Positions 48,115 through 58,686 of a stretch of DNA of 64,000 nt are shown piece after piece (the stretch's first letter is position 1; each line of letters starts with the position of its first letter). The stretch lies in the NCBI GenBank assembly GCA_964012435.1, contig CAXGSM010000002.1, forward strand, positions 634-64,633, written 5' to 3'. The notes under the pieces are model-generated. The model was given only the letters and a program-made list of their open reading frames with translations. It was not told the DNA's origin and did no database searches. The position numbers and the translations under genes are program-made. The stretch is from an uncultured bacterium. GTDB lineage: Bacteria; UBP7; UBA6624.

Positions 48115-48504
48115 TCAATCTAAAAGACGATCCTGATATTCCTTTTTCTTTAAAGCAATTTTAAGTATTAGTTCGGCTGATTTCCTATTTCTTTCATCAG
48201 TATCAAGACTCCTGTCGGTAGTTAATCTCTCATCAACAAAAAAAACCTCAAAACCTTTTTTTGTTAAATTTTTAGCTATTGATTTAATGTGTATAGACAT
48301 GTCTGAATCACCACCACTCATCCTTACAGGTAGACCTATTGCAATTAAATCAACATCATTATCAGAGGCCTCGTTACATATTAGTCCCGAGGAAGAATTT
48401 AATATCTTTTTTGTCCAGCTTTTTATTACAAATTTTCGACTTGAATCAGACAAGGCAAAACCATGAAATTTTGTGCCGACATCACAAGAAATAATTTTTT
48501 TCAC
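48115..48504 (-). CDS. ruvX: YqgF/RuvX-family putative pre-16S rRNA nuclease (Holliday junction resolvase-like)
   Basis: 129 aa. N-terminal IISCDVGTKFHGFALSD, later DERLTT. Lies downstream of alaS, a common pairing. Confidence 0.75.
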   Translation of the reverse strand: MKKIISCDVGTKFHGFALSDSSRKFVIKSWTKKILNSSSGLICNEASDNDVDLIAIGLPVRMSGGDSDMSIHIKSIAKNLTKKGFEVFFVDERLTTDRSLDTDERNRKSAELILKIALKKKEYQDRLLD

Positions 48505-51038
48505 TTTATGCTTTTTTTAATGAATTCAATTGCCTTGTCTATCCCTTTTCTGTTTTTACCCCCGCCTTGAGAAAAGCTATCTCGTCCCCCTCCCCCTCCA
48601 TTTAGAAATACTGAAATATTTTTTAAAATTTCAGATGCATTTAACCCTTCTTTTACCAATGCTTTTGAAACAGAAATACAATAATTAAAACTTTCTTCTT
48701 CTGTGATCAAGAATGCCAAAACACGATCTTTGTTGCTTGAAAAAGATTTCGCTAAATCAGTCAGGATATCCCTATCTACACCTTTATGAACAACAAAAGA
48801 AATACCTTTTATATTTTGTGAAGAATCCATTAGTTCATCATGGTTCTTTTTAATTTTTAACTCAATTAAATTTTTATTTACCTTTCTTAAATCTTTTAAC
48901 TCTTGCTCAAGTGATAAAACCCTATCTTCAAACTTATCTTTATTTATGCTCCATTTATTTGAAATTCTTTTTATTACACCATGAGAGCTTGCAGCTAAAT
49001 CTTGAGATAAAAAACCAGTAAAAGCTTCAAATCGCTTGACACCTTGTGCAATAGACGAAAAATTTGAAATGATGAAAGATCCGATTTGACTAGTTTTTTC
49101 AACATGCGTTCCTCCGCATAATTCAATACTGAAATTTTCCCCCACTTCATCACCTATACTCACGACTCTTACTTTTTCAGCATCATACTTCTCGCCAAAT
49201 AAAGCCATAGCGCCAATGGAACGCGCTTCTTTTAATGATGAAAAAGAAATATTAACATTGCAGTTAGAAGCTATCCATTGAGAAACCATTTTTTCAATCT
49301 TCGCAATATCAGAGTCTGATATGTTTTCATTTAAAGTAACATCGAATCTCAATCTATCATTTTCTACAAGGCTGCCTGCCTGTGTGACCGAATCACCATA
49401 AATTAACCTTAATGCAGCATGAAGCAAGTGGGTTGCTGTATGAGCTCTTTCGCAACCATATCTATGGCTCTTATTAATTTTCGTCTTTAAAAAATCACCT
49501 ATTTTGAATTCCGTATCAGCTTTACCTTCATGGATCAACTTTCCTCTATCCCAGAAAGTCTTTTTTACATCTAGAACCAATTTTCCAGATTGATCTAAGA
49601 ATCTTCCTTTGTCTCCAATCTGACCCCCACCCTCTGGATAAAAACAAGTTTTATCTACGATTATTCTTGTTTTATCTTTTTTAACAGAGTAACTTTTAAC
49701 TTCAGATTCCAAAACATATCCTTCCTCTCTTGAGGTTGGATGATTTTCTCCTTTATAGGTCCAAGCATCATCCTTTTTTATCCTGTCAGATTTAGATCTT
49801 TCTCTTTGTTTTTTCATACCCTCTTCAAAACCTTCGTAATCTATTTCCAAGCCTTTAAATGAAGCAATATCTTCAGATATCTCTAATGGAAGGCCGTAAG
49901 TGTCATACATTTCAAAAAGCACTGAACCTGGGATCTTTTTATCTTTGAATCCTACCAACTGCAGCTCAAGCTCTCTTTCACCTCTGCTAACAGTTTTTTT
50001 AAAAAGCAATTCCTCTCCTTCTATTACGCTAGATACAAAATCCCTTTTTTCTTTAAGCTCATGGTAAACATTCTCATAAAAAGAAATAGAGGGAAGCATG
50101 TCTTTAAGAAAAGATTTATTTATTCCTAATGTCCTTCCTGCTCTTATAGCCCTTCTTAGGATTCTTCTCAAAACATAACCTTTTCCTATATTTGAAGGCA
50201 AAACCCCATCTGCTATTAAAAAAACAGAGCTTTTCAAATGATCTGCAATCACCCTTCTGCTTTCTTCATTTTTGCTTGAAGATAAAGAATTTAAAAAATC
50301 AAAAGAACCTTCAAAGATGTCGGTATCAAAAACACTACTCTTTCCTTGGATTGCAGCAGTCACTCTTTCAAGACCCATTCCTGTATCTATATTCTTGCAA
50401 GGAAGATCCCCGATCGTGCCATCTTTCAATTTATTATTTGACATGAAAACCAAATTCCATATCTCCATAAACCTTTCAGAATTATTAGCTGGAGTTTTTC
50501 CTGGGTCAACCTCCTCCCCAAAGTCATAGAATATTTCTGAACATGGTCCGCAGGGCCCATTTGAACCCATTGACCAAAAGTTATCATCATCCAAAAAAAG
50601 CAATTTATCTTTAGGGAATCCAATTTCTTTGATCCATATATCTGCTGCTTCAAAATCATCCTTATAAACAGTTACCCATAAATTATCGGGTTTTAAATGT
50701 AGTTCGCTCAACAGGAAATCCCAAGAAAGTTCAATAGCTTCTTTTTTAAAATAATCTCCAATAGAAAAATTTCCTAGCATTTCAAAAAAAGTACAATGTC
50801 TTGGAGTTTTGCCAACAGAATCTATATCAATTGTTCTTATGCATTTTTGACAACTAGCCAATCTTTTATTTGGAGGTTTTTTTTCACCTAAAAAATAAGG
50901 TTTTAATGGAGCCATCCCAGCTGCATTAAATAAAAGTGTTGGATCTCCATTTATTGGCAAAGGGGCGCTTTCAACAATGGAATGACCATTATTTTTGAAA
51001 TATTTCAAAAATCTACTTCTTACTTCATGTGATTTCAT
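48501..51038 (-). CDS. alaS: alanine--tRNA ligase
   Basis: Class II core (FLKYFKNNGHSIV, CQKCIRT, FFEMLGNFS), the editing-domain HxxxH/CxxxH (HTATHLLH, ELCGGTH) and a C-terminal DHHA1-like domain with a GGGG stretch. Confidence 0.95.
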   Translation of the reverse strand: MKSHEVRSRFLKYFKNNGHSIVESAPLPINGDPTLLFNAAGMAPLKPYFLGEKKPPNKRLASCQKCIRTIDIDSVGKTPRHCTFFEMLGNFSIGDYFKKEAIELSWDFLLSELHLKPDNLWVTVYKDDFEAADIWIKEIGFPKDKLLFLDDDNFWSMGSNGPCGPCSEIFYDFGEEVDPGKTPANNSERFMEIWNLVFMSNNKLKDGTIGDLPCKNIDTGMGLERVTAAIQGKSSVFDTDIFEGSFDFLNSLSSSKNEESRRVIADHLKSSVFLIADGVLPSNIGKGYVLRRILRRAIRAGRTLGINKSFLKDMLPSISFYENVYHELKEKRDFVSSVIEGEELLFKKTVSRGERELELQLVGFKDKKIPGSVLFEMYDTYGLPLEISEDIASFKGLEIDYEGFEEGMKKQRERSKSDRIKKDDAWTYKGENHPTSREEGYVLESEVKSYSVKKDKTRIIVDKTCFYPEGGGQIGDKGRFLDQSGKLVLDVKKTFWDRGKLIHEGKADTEFKIGDFLKTKINKSHRYGCERAHTATHLLHAALRLIYGDSVTQAGSLVENDRLRFDVTLNENISDSDIAKIEKMVSQWIASNCNVNISFSSLKEARSIGAMALFGEKYDAEKVRVVSIGDEVGENFSIELCGGTHVEKTSQIGSFIISNFSSIAQGVKRFEAFTGFLSQDLAASSHGVIKRISNKWSINKDKFEDRVLSLEQELKDLRKVNKNLIELKIKKNHDELMDSSQNIKGISFVVHKGVDRDILTDLAKSFSSNKDRVLAFLITEEESFNYCISVSKALVKEGLNASEILKNISVFLNGGGGGRDSFSQGGGKNRKGIDKAIEFIKKSIK

Positions 51039-51049
51039 TAATTATTATT

Positions 51050-52606
51050 TTAGATTTGATAATCGGAATTCAACACAAATGAACTATCTAGACCAGCTCT
51101 TCTTGCTTGATTCACGGCCATTTTCATAAAATCTAACTGCTTTATCGAATGAGCATCTGTATTCAAAGACAACTTAACGCCTGATTTACTTGCATTCTTT
51201 GCAATGCTCGCATCAACATCCAACCTTTCAGGATTGCCGTTAATCTCAAGAGCGATATTTCTCTCTAACAACTTTGAAAAAACTTTGGGCCAATCAACAT
51301 CATAGCCCTCTCTTGTTAATAATTTTCTCCCTGTTGAATGACCTAATACATTAATATGTGGGTTTTCAAGAGCTTTCAATATCCTTTCAGTTTGATCCCC
51401 ATTTAAATTTTGATGAATACTCGCTACAACCCAATCAACTTTCTCTAAAACAGAATCGTCATAATCAAGAGAGCCATCATTCAAAATGTCACATTCAGTC
51501 CCAGTCAAAACCTCTAAATCCCAATTTTTATTTTTTATATATGATACCTGATCAAACAAACTCTCTTCTTTTAACCCTCCTGCGTAAGAAGCGCTCTTGC
51601 TGTGATCAGTAATAGCTATTCTTGAATAACCTTTAGCGCAAGATCCAGATACCATATCATCTATTGAATCAAAACCATCACTCCAATTAGTATGCATGTG
51701 CATGTCTAGATTTATATCGTCTATGCTTAAAAGCTCAGGGACATTTTTTTTAAACTCGCAAGGATTCCATATTCTTAACTCAGGTGGAATGTAAGAATAC
51801 CCATTAAGATCATAAATCTCTTCTTCGGATTCGACTTTATACAACTTTAAGCTGTCTAAATGTTTTTTTGTAGAAGTTGTTTCAAGCCATCTCTTGCCAA
51901 ACTCATTCTTTTTAGAAATTGAAACCTTTATTGACCTTCCATTATATGAAAATTCAATCTGTTCACCTTGAACTCTCCCCTTAAGAGAAGAAGCAAAATT
52001 ACCAATATTGAAACCAGGATCACAAATATAAATTAATTCAACACACTCTAAGACTTCATCGCATCTCCTCAAGCCTCCAGTTTCTCTAAAATCAATATGA
52101 TGATACTTATTTTGTATTGCTTCAAAAATATCTTGTCCTTCTGATAATAAAAACTTACCCTTATAGCTTGCATAAAGCTTGATTCCTCTTCTTATGTTCT
52201 CATTTTGAGACTTGGAAAAAAAAGCTAAATCATTTTTAAAAATATTCTCTTTTAGGCTTTCGTAACTAAATATTTTTTCTTTAAATAATTTTTTCATAGA
52301 ACCAAGACCCAAACCTCGAATTTTAGATAACTCCCAAAAAGCAGCTGGTATTTTTTCATCTAACTCATCAAGCTCTGAAAGCCTTCCTGTTAATTTTATT
52401 TCTGCTATTTTTTTTGCTATCGAGGGTCCAATCCCTGGAATCTTTTGATAATCATCTATTAAATGAAATGAATCATTCGAATTAGCTACGGTGTTTGAAG
52501 CTTTTCGTATTGCCGAAATTTTAAAAGGATTGCTGCCTATTAGCTCTTTTGAATCTGCTAATCTAGATAATATTTTGGATATTTTTAAATTCAAAGAATC
52601 AGCCAC
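51050..52606 (-). CDS. family X DNA polymerase-like protein with PHP domain (polymerase carboxylates substituted)
   Basis: N-terminal HhH (IPGIGPSIAKKI; IRGLGLGSMKKL). Palm motif reads GGLRRCDEVLECVELIYI (52028-52078). The PHP domain carries HMHTNWSDG and ITDHS. Confidence 0.75.
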   Translation of the reverse strand: MADSLNLKISKILSRLADSKELIGSNPFKISAIRKASNTVANSNDSFHLIDDYQKIPGIGPSIAKKIAEIKLTGRLSELDELDEKIPAAFWELSKIRGLGLGSMKKLFKEKIFSYESLKENIFKNDLAFFSKSQNENIRRGIKLYASYKGKFLLSEGQDIFEAIQNKYHHIDFRETGGLRRCDEVLECVELIYICDPGFNIGNFASSLKGRVQGEQIEFSYNGRSIKVSISKKNEFGKRWLETTSTKKHLDSLKLYKVESEEEIYDLNGYSYIPPELRIWNPCEFKKNVPELLSIDDINLDMHMHTNWSDGFDSIDDMVSGSCAKGYSRIAITDHSKSASYAGGLKEESLFDQVSYIKNKNWDLEVLTGTECDILNDGSLDYDDSVLEKVDWVVASIHQNLNGDQTERILKALENPHINVLGHSTGRKLLTREGYDVDWPKVFSKLLERNIALEINGNPERLDVDASIAKNASKSGVKLSLNTDAHSIKQLDFMKMAVNQARRAGLDSSFVLNSDYQI

Positions 52607-52647
52607 AATGATTCAATTCTAAATTTAGACTAGAGACAATAGCGGGA

Positions 52648-54312
52648 TTAAAAATCATTATCAGAAAGTTTTCTATAATTAACGTCTACTGAATCAAGTC
52701 TTTTTGAATTGATCTCCCATCTTTTCAAAAAATTATCATAATTTTTAAACTCTGGCAAAGTCCAGACAACTTCAGCCATCGCTACAGTTCTAGGAAAGGC
52801 CATATACATAAGCTTATCCCAATCATAAATATACTCGGTCCATAAATTACCCTGTGCTCCTAAGACTCTATTAATTTTATCTTTATCCAACTCTTCAGGA
52901 ACAGGGTCAAACGAATAAACTTTTTTTAATGGCAGGTATCCACCAATTGCCTCAGGTTCATTTTCAGGGTCATCTTGATAATAATCAAAATATGAATGAG
53001 AGGTTGGAGACATGACAATGTCATGACCTTTGTTTGCTGCATCTATTCCATATTGCCAATTTCTCCAAACCATCATTGCAGCATTTGGAGCAAGACCCCC
53101 CTCTTGAATCTCGTCCCAGCCAATTAGGCGTCGATTGTTTTTATTTAAAAATGATTCTATTTTTGCAATATACCAACTCTGTAAGCCATGCTCATCAACC
53201 AAATCCTCTCTTTGGATGAAATCTTGAACATCGGGATTGTTTTTCCATGGCCCTTTTGGAGCCTCATCTCCTCCAATATGTATAAATTCTGAAGGAAAAA
53301 GATCCATAACTTCAGAAAGAACATCCTGCAAAAAGAGAAAAGTTTCCTCTTTTATGTTGTAAACCCCATCAGAAACACCCCATCTTGTTAGGACTTCAGT
53401 AGGTCCATTTGGGTTTCCGAACTGAGGGTAAGATGCAATTGCAGCAGATGAATGTCCAGGTATTTCTATCTCAGGAACAACATTAATAAATAATTGTCCT
53501 GCATATTCAACAACTTCTTTAACCTCTTTTTGAGTGTAAAAACCACAATATTCAACCCCGTCCCCAGCATTCCTATTCCCTTTTTGTGGAGACTCGCTTC
53601 TGCAGCTACCAAATTCAGTAAGCCTTGGCCATTTTTTAATCTCAATTCTCCATCCCTGATCTTCTGTGAGATGCCAATGAAAATTATTGAATTTGTAAAA
53701 TGCCAACAAATCTAAAAATTTCTTTATTTCATCAACGCTAAAAAAATGCCTACCTACATCAAGATGCATTCCTCTCCATTTAAACCTTGGAAAATCGCTG
53801 ACCTTCAAACCGGGAAGAGAACATTTTTCATCAAGGCAACTTTTTTTATCTCTTTCAATGCTCAGAGGCAACAACTGTCTTATCGTTTGAATGGCATAAA
53901 AAAGACCTTTAGGTGATTTTGCTCCAATATAAATCGTATCGGAACTAATGTCAAGAATGTAACCTTCATCACCAATTTCAGGATTTTTAAATGCGGGATG
54001 ATCATCGCTTATAACAACTTTTTTTTGCTTGAGTTCTTTATTGACAACCATCTCTAAAAGGCTCACTGAAAAAGGAGTTGTTAGGCTTTCATCTTTTAGC
54101 TTGCTTGGATGCGGAACAATATTTAAAATCTCAAAAAAATAATTAGAAACCTCATAAGATTTTGCATCTTGAAAATCAAGATAAAAGACAACATCTTCAT
54201 CAAAATTAAAAACCTGCTCAGTTATTGTCATGTTGTTCGGTTGAGGGATTATTGAAACTTGATGCTTATCCATTTCAAACAAAAAAAGAAAATAAAGAAA
54301 AATTGAATACAT
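52648..54312 (-). CDS. beta-N-acetylhexosaminidase (GH20)
   Basis: RGMHLDVGRHF, NNFHWHLTEDQGWR and IHIGGDE catalytic-region motifs. Hydrophobic N-terminus. Confidence 0.88.
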   Translation of the reverse strand: MYSIFLYFLFLFEMDKHQVSIIPQPNNMTITEQVFNFDEDVVFYLDFQDAKSYEVSNYFFEILNIVPHPSKLKDESLTTPFSVSLLEMVVNKELKQKKVVISDDHPAFKNPEIGDEGYILDISSDTIYIGAKSPKGLFYAIQTIRQLLPLSIERDKKSCLDEKCSLPGLKVSDFPRFKWRGMHLDVGRHFFSVDEIKKFLDLLAFYKFNNFHWHLTEDQGWRIEIKKWPRLTEFGSCRSESPQKGNRNAGDGVEYCGFYTQKEVKEVVEYAGQLFINVVPEIEIPGHSSAAIASYPQFGNPNGPTEVLTRWGVSDGVYNIKEETFLFLQDVLSEVMDLFPSEFIHIGGDEAPKGPWKNNPDVQDFIQREDLVDEHGLQSWYIAKIESFLNKNNRRLIGWDEIQEGGLAPNAAMMVWRNWQYGIDAANKGHDIVMSPTSHSYFDYYQDDPENEPEAIGGYLPLKKVYSFDPVPEELDKDKINRVLGAQGNLWTEYIYDWDKLMYMAFPRTVAMAEVVWTLPEFKNYDNFLKRWEINSKRLDSVDVNYRKLSDNDF

Positions 54313-54356
54313 ATAAAATACCTCTTGTTTCTAAAAAAATCATTAATATAAAGTCT

Positions 54357-57035
54357 ATGCTAATAAAAACAATAACAATATTACTTTTTTCACTCTCTCC
54401 TTTTTTGAAAGAGCCTTGTGTAAAGATTGGAACAGCAGGTGCAAAATGGAGTATGAAAAAAAATTGCTATATTGTCACCATTCCTGATGAAAAAGAAACG
54501 AAAACACATAGAGGAATAGACGGCATAAAGTGGATGGATGACTGGCATGTTATTGGTCCATTTCCAAGCGGATCAAGAGAGCTTGGGATGGATCCTTTTT
54601 TATCTTTTGATGATATATCTAAAAAGGAATTTAACTTCGAAAAATCTTACCCTAGTGAGCTTGTAGATGGTGGCATGATATCTTGGAAAAAAATCAAATC
54701 AAAAAATGATGGCTGGGTCAATGTATCATTCCCAGATGTAAGGTGGCAACCGCTTCAAGATCATCATGGCTGGGCTGGGATAATATTTAAAGGATGGGCG
54801 ATAGGTAAATTTTTTGTTGAAAAATCAGGAAAATATCTAGCACAATGCTTATCAACATCTAAATTTTTAATTAACAATAAGATTGTCAATGGTGACATTT
54901 ATGCAGATGGATATGGGTGGTTTCTTGTAAATTTAAGTAAAGGAGAGCATTCAATAAAAATACCTTTGAGTGGTTTTGAATCAGATTCTTTCAAGTGTCA
55001 TTTCAAAAAATCAAATGATAATTTTTTTATACTGCCTGGAGATACCATTGTTCCAGACCTTCTTGAAGGTGAAATTGTTTCAAATTATTTCTCAATACCA
55101 ATAATAAATACTTCTAATGATTGGATAAACAAAATAAACATAAATATAAAAAAACCACTGGAGCTTGTAAGTAAAACAATAGAGGTAAAAATAGCCCCTG
55201 GTCAAGTTTATCCAATTGCAATCAAATTAAAAAATATAGAACAATATTTCGAAGATTGTCCTTTGAGGTCAACAATAACAATTTCAACAAATGGGGAAGA
55301 TCATCAAGATCATGATTTTCAAATAAGGTGTAGAAAATTGGATCAATCGTTTCGATATACATTCATAGGTCAAGATGGAAGTATTCAATACGCATCCGCA
55401 AGAGCTCCTCTTAAAGAATGTGAAGAAGATTTTTTAAATGATCAAATTCTTAAATTTTCATGTCCTGTAATACTCACTACACATGGAGCTGGCGTAAAAG
55501 CAGAGGGCCAAGCGGAAGCATACTCGTCAAAAGAAAATGCCTGGGTTCTAGCACCTACAGGAAGAAGAAGATTTGGATATGATTGGGAGGGTCCTGGAAG
55601 GATCAATGCAATGAATGCATTACATGCATTGCCAACACACATCAAATCATTGAGTAAAAGAAAACATGACCCATATAGGGTTCTTTTTACAGGTCATTCA
55701 ATGGGTGGACATGGAGCATGGAGCCTTTCTCTGCGATATCCCGATAGAGCAATTGCATCTGCTCCTGCTGCTGGATGGATTAAATTTCAGCATTATGTTT
55801 CTTATTTCCTCAGACCTGGAGATAGCTATATAGATCCAATACTAAAGGGAATCTTAGAAACATCAATAGCAGAACACAATAATGATCTATATGCTTCAAA
55901 TATGAAAGGCATTCCTGTTCTTGCAAGAGTTGGCGGAGATGACCAATCTGTTCCTCCATGGCATTTAAGAAGAATGTCAAGGATGCTTTTAGAAGAAGGT
56001 GTTGACTCAACTGTGTCTGAAGTTCCAGGAAAAGGTCACTGGTGGGGAGGGGTTGTAGACGATCAAGAAATGAATAATTTTTTTAATTCCCATATTGAAT
56101 CTAAACCCCAAGCAACAAATGAATTTTCTATTACAGTTTTAAACACTTCATCTTTTGAATCTAAAGGTGGGATAAAACCCTTACAGTTAAACACACCTTA
56201 CAGACTTGGAAAGATACAAGTTAACGTGCAGCAAAAAACACATTATTTAAAAACCTTAAATATAAAAAGTTTAAAAATACTAGCAAAAGAAGCAAATATT
56301 TACAATGAAAAAATAAATCAAATCAATATTGATGGAGAAAATTTTTCAATAGAAGGCGAATCTTATTTTTGCAAATTGGAAAAATTAAACACCTGGCAGC
56401 AATGCACAAAAGAAGAAATTGAATCTAGAGAGGAAAGGATGCCGGAAAGCATGGGGCCTGCAAGACAGATACTCGAAAAAGATTTCGTTATCGTCTATGG
56501 GTCAAATGGAAGCGAGAAACAAACAAAAAACAGAATTGAAAGAGCGGTATTTATTGCAAATGATTGGTTTTTAAGAGGTAGAGGCTCGGTTGAAATCTAC
56601 TCAGATAAAGAAATAATGAATTCAAATCTCCAAAATAAAAATTTGATACTTTTAGGTGGGCCAAAGACTAATCTTCTTTCAAATATATTTATACAGGACA
56701 ATTCTTTCATATCTTATGAGCATCAGGAAGATGCGGTTAACATAGATGGAGCTGGCAGCTTTAAGAATCCAGGAACAGGATTTCAATTTTTAACATTTTC
56801 AAAATATAAAAACAATCAAACTTTAGCATTGATAATAGGCGGTGTTGACGAAAAAGGATTTTCAAATACTTTTCAAATATTTCCATTTTCATCAGGTGTA
56901 ACAGTTCCTGATTTCATGATAATAAACAATGAATTTAAATCAAAAGGATCAGGTGGCATATTAGCTGCTGGATTCTGGTCAAATGACTGGAGTTTTAATC
57001 CAGCAATAGGCTATTCTGTTAATCAAGAAAAATAA
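54357..57035 (+). CDS. large secreted alpha/beta-hydrolase-fold protein (serine hydrolase, S9/esterase-like)
   Basis: Signal-like MLIKTITILLFSLSPF and nucleophile elbow GHSMGGHGAW. Long N- and C-terminal non-catalytic regions. The track start at 54225 overlaps the GH20 gene on the opposite strand, so the ATG at 54357 is preferred. Confidence 0.6.
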   Translation: MLIKTITILLFSLSPFLKEPCVKIGTAGAKWSMKKNCYIVTIPDEKETKTHRGIDGIKWMDDWHVIGPFPSGSRELGMDPFLSFDDISKKEFNFEKSYPSELVDGGMISWKKIKSKNDGWVNVSFPDVRWQPLQDHHGWAGIIFKGWAIGKFFVEKSGKYLAQCLSTSKFLINNKIVNGDIYADGYGWFLVNLSKGEHSIKIPLSGFESDSFKCHFKKSNDNFFILPGDTIVPDLLEGEIVSNYFSIPIINTSNDWINKININIKKPLELVSKTIEVKIAPGQVYPIAIKLKNIEQYFEDCPLRSTITISTNGEDHQDHDFQIRCRKLDQSFRYTFIGQDGSIQYASARAPLKECEEDFLNDQILKFSCPVILTTHGAGVKAEGQAEAYSSKENAWVLAPTGRRRFGYDWEGPGRINAMNALHALPTHIKSLSKRKHDPYRVLFTGHSMGGHGAWSLSLRYPDRAIASAPAAGWIKFQHYVSYFLRPGDSYIDPILKGILETSIAEHNNDLYASNMKGIPVLARVGGDDQSVPPWHLRRMSRMLLEEGVDSTVSEVPGKGHWWGGVVDDQEMNNFFNSHIESKPQATNEFSITVLNTSSFESKGGIKPLQLNTPYRLGKIQVNVQQKTHYLKTLNIKSLKILAKEANIYNEKINQINIDGENFSIEGESYFCKLEKLNTWQQCTKEEIESREERMPESMGPARQILEKDFVIVYGSNGSEKQTKNRIERAVFIANDWFLRGRGSVEIYSDKEIMNSNLQNKNLILLGGPKTNLLSNIFIQDNSFISYEHQEDAVNIDGAGSFKNPGTGFQFLTFSKYKNNQTLALIIGGVDEKGFSNTFQIFPFSSGVTVPDFMIINNEFKSKGSGGILAAGFWSNDWSFNPAIGYSVNQEK

Positions 57036-57499
57036 AAATTCAAAATTTCCAAAGTAAACGAAAAAGGAACCAATATAACAGTCAGAATAAGTGGGATTAG
57101 AACAAAATCGCATCTTAAACAATTTTTTTTACTTTTCTCAATACCCTTAATACTGTTTTCTATTTCATAAGATACTTTAGTGCAAAATTTCAAACTTGCA
57201 GCTTCAACCAATATGGCAATAATAACAACGAGCAATTTAATCTTGATTGCCGAAGAAGTAATCACATAAGAAATAAAAATTGGGTTTTCAAAAAAAAGTA
57301 TTATTGAAGCTAAGACAGGACCAATTGTCATTAAAAATATTTCAGATCGTCTCATGGGGCCCTCAAGCTTTCTAGCTTTTTCAAAATCATCTTTTTGAAT
57401 CTTTTTCACATAAGAAAACCTATAAAAAACAAACAAAAGCCACAAGACAGAAAGTAAATTTTGAATTTGCCATAAAGCAATATTTGATGAAGAATCCAT
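57023..57499 (-). CDS. hypothetical integral membrane protein
   Basis: 158 aa with 4 hydrophobic helices. Its start overlaps the apgM stop by 1 nt. Confidence 0.5.
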   Translation of the reverse strand: MDSSSNIALWQIQNLLSVLWLLFVFYRFSYVKKIQKDDFEKARKLEGPMRRSEIFLMTIGPVLASIILFFENPIFISYVITSSAIKIKLLVVIIAILVEAASLKFCTKVSYEIENSIKGIEKSKKNCLRCDFVLIPLILTVILVPFSFTLEILNFYFS

Positions 57500-58686
57500 T
57501 AGCTTAAATAAGTTTTTAGCCTAGAGGCATTGGCAAGAACTAGAGACATGATATCTTTTGCATAAATTGAGCCAATGGAACCTTTTTTTGCTTCAATCTC
57601 GTTAAACCTCAAAAGATTGTCTCCCTGAGACTTCCCTCCATGTATCAAAATTGGAACCCTATGCCATGAATGACCTTTATAAGAGCATGGAGTGCAATGA
57701 TCTCCAGTTACAACCAAAACATCAAAATTGGAATTATCCATAATTTTTTTAATAATGGAATCAGCCTCTTCTACACATAAAGTTTTTCTTTTAAAGTCGC
57801 CATCTTCGCCAGCAGCATCAGTATCTTTGTAATGAAAAAAAACAAAATCCTCTTTTGCGCTTATGGTTGCTTCAATTCTCTTCTCTATATCATTTGGATA
57901 TTTTTTTACATTCATGCCTAGGTATTTTGCAACACCAATATAACAAGGATAATTTGCTACAGCTTTACAGGTAAGTAAATGTTTCCTTTCCAAGGTCGTA
58001 ATTGGCTTTAAAACATCTGCTCCTCTCAATAAAACACAATTTGCTCTTTTTTCATTCTTAATTAAATCGTTAGCGAACTCTACCCAGGCAGACATAACTA
58101 ATCTAGATCTCCTTAAATTACTATCTACTGAAGGGAAAAAGGGTTCTACATTTGTTTTTCCAGAATCATTTCCTGGCAAAGGGCCTTTTAAACCTTTTCC
58201 TTTGAAAACCACAGAAAACCTATGCCCTTTTCCTTGGATAACCTCAACAGTGCAGCCTTCTACATTAATTTTTGAAATTTTATTTAAAATTGCTGAAGCC
58301 TCGCCGGTACCTATTCTTCCAGCTCTTCTATCGATAATTTTTCCATTTTCAGAAAAAGCTAAATTCCCTCTGACGGCCAAATCTCCTGGAGAAAGATCGA
58401 AACCCAAACCAAGAGCCTCTACAACTCCACGACCCACTGTATCTTTCAAGGGGTCAAAACCAAAAAGAGCCATGTGTGCCATTTCTGAACCAGGCGTAAT
58501 ACCTTCTTCAATTGGAAGATGCATGCCCATTGAACTTTTTGGAGAGATTGAATCAAGATATGGAGTTTGCGCTTCAACTAATGGGGTCTTGGAATACTGA
58601 TTAGGAATATCCCCTACTCCATCAATAACAAAAAATAGAATACGTCCACCGCTTGTCGCTAACTGATTCCAATTTAAACTCATCAA
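57499..58686 (-). CDS. apgM: cofactor-independent phosphoglycerate mutase, archaeal-type (ApgM family)
   Basis: FFVIDGVGD N-terminal metal site, FFHYKDTDAAGEDG and VTGDHCTP motifs. About 395 aa. Confidence 0.8.
   Translation of the reverse strand: MMSLNWNQLATSGGRILFFVIDGVGDIPNQYSKTPLVEAQTPYLDSISPKSSMGMHLPIEEGITPGSEMAHMALFGFDPLKDTVGRGVVEALGLGFDLSPGDLAVRGNLAFSENGKIIDRRAGRIGTGEASAILNKISKINVEGCTVEVIQGKGHRFSVVFKGKGLKGPLPGNDSGKTNVEPFFPSVDSNLRRSRLVMSAWVEFANDLIKNEKRANCVLLRGADVLKPITTLERKHLLTCKAVANYPCYIGVAKYLGMNVKKYPNDIEKRIEATISAKEDFVFFHYKDTDAAGEDGDFKRKTLCVEEADSIIKKIMDNSNFDVLVVTGDHCTPCSYKGHSWHRVPILIHGGKSQGDNLLRFNEIEAKKGSIGSIYAKDIMSLVLANASRLKTYLS

Noticed and set aside
54225-54356. N-terminal extension of the alpha/beta hydrolase ORF given in the track (start 54225).
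   Set aside because: It overlaps the 5' end of the GH20 gene on the opposite strand by 88 nt and lacks signal-peptide character. The ATG at 54357 gives a typical signal sequence.
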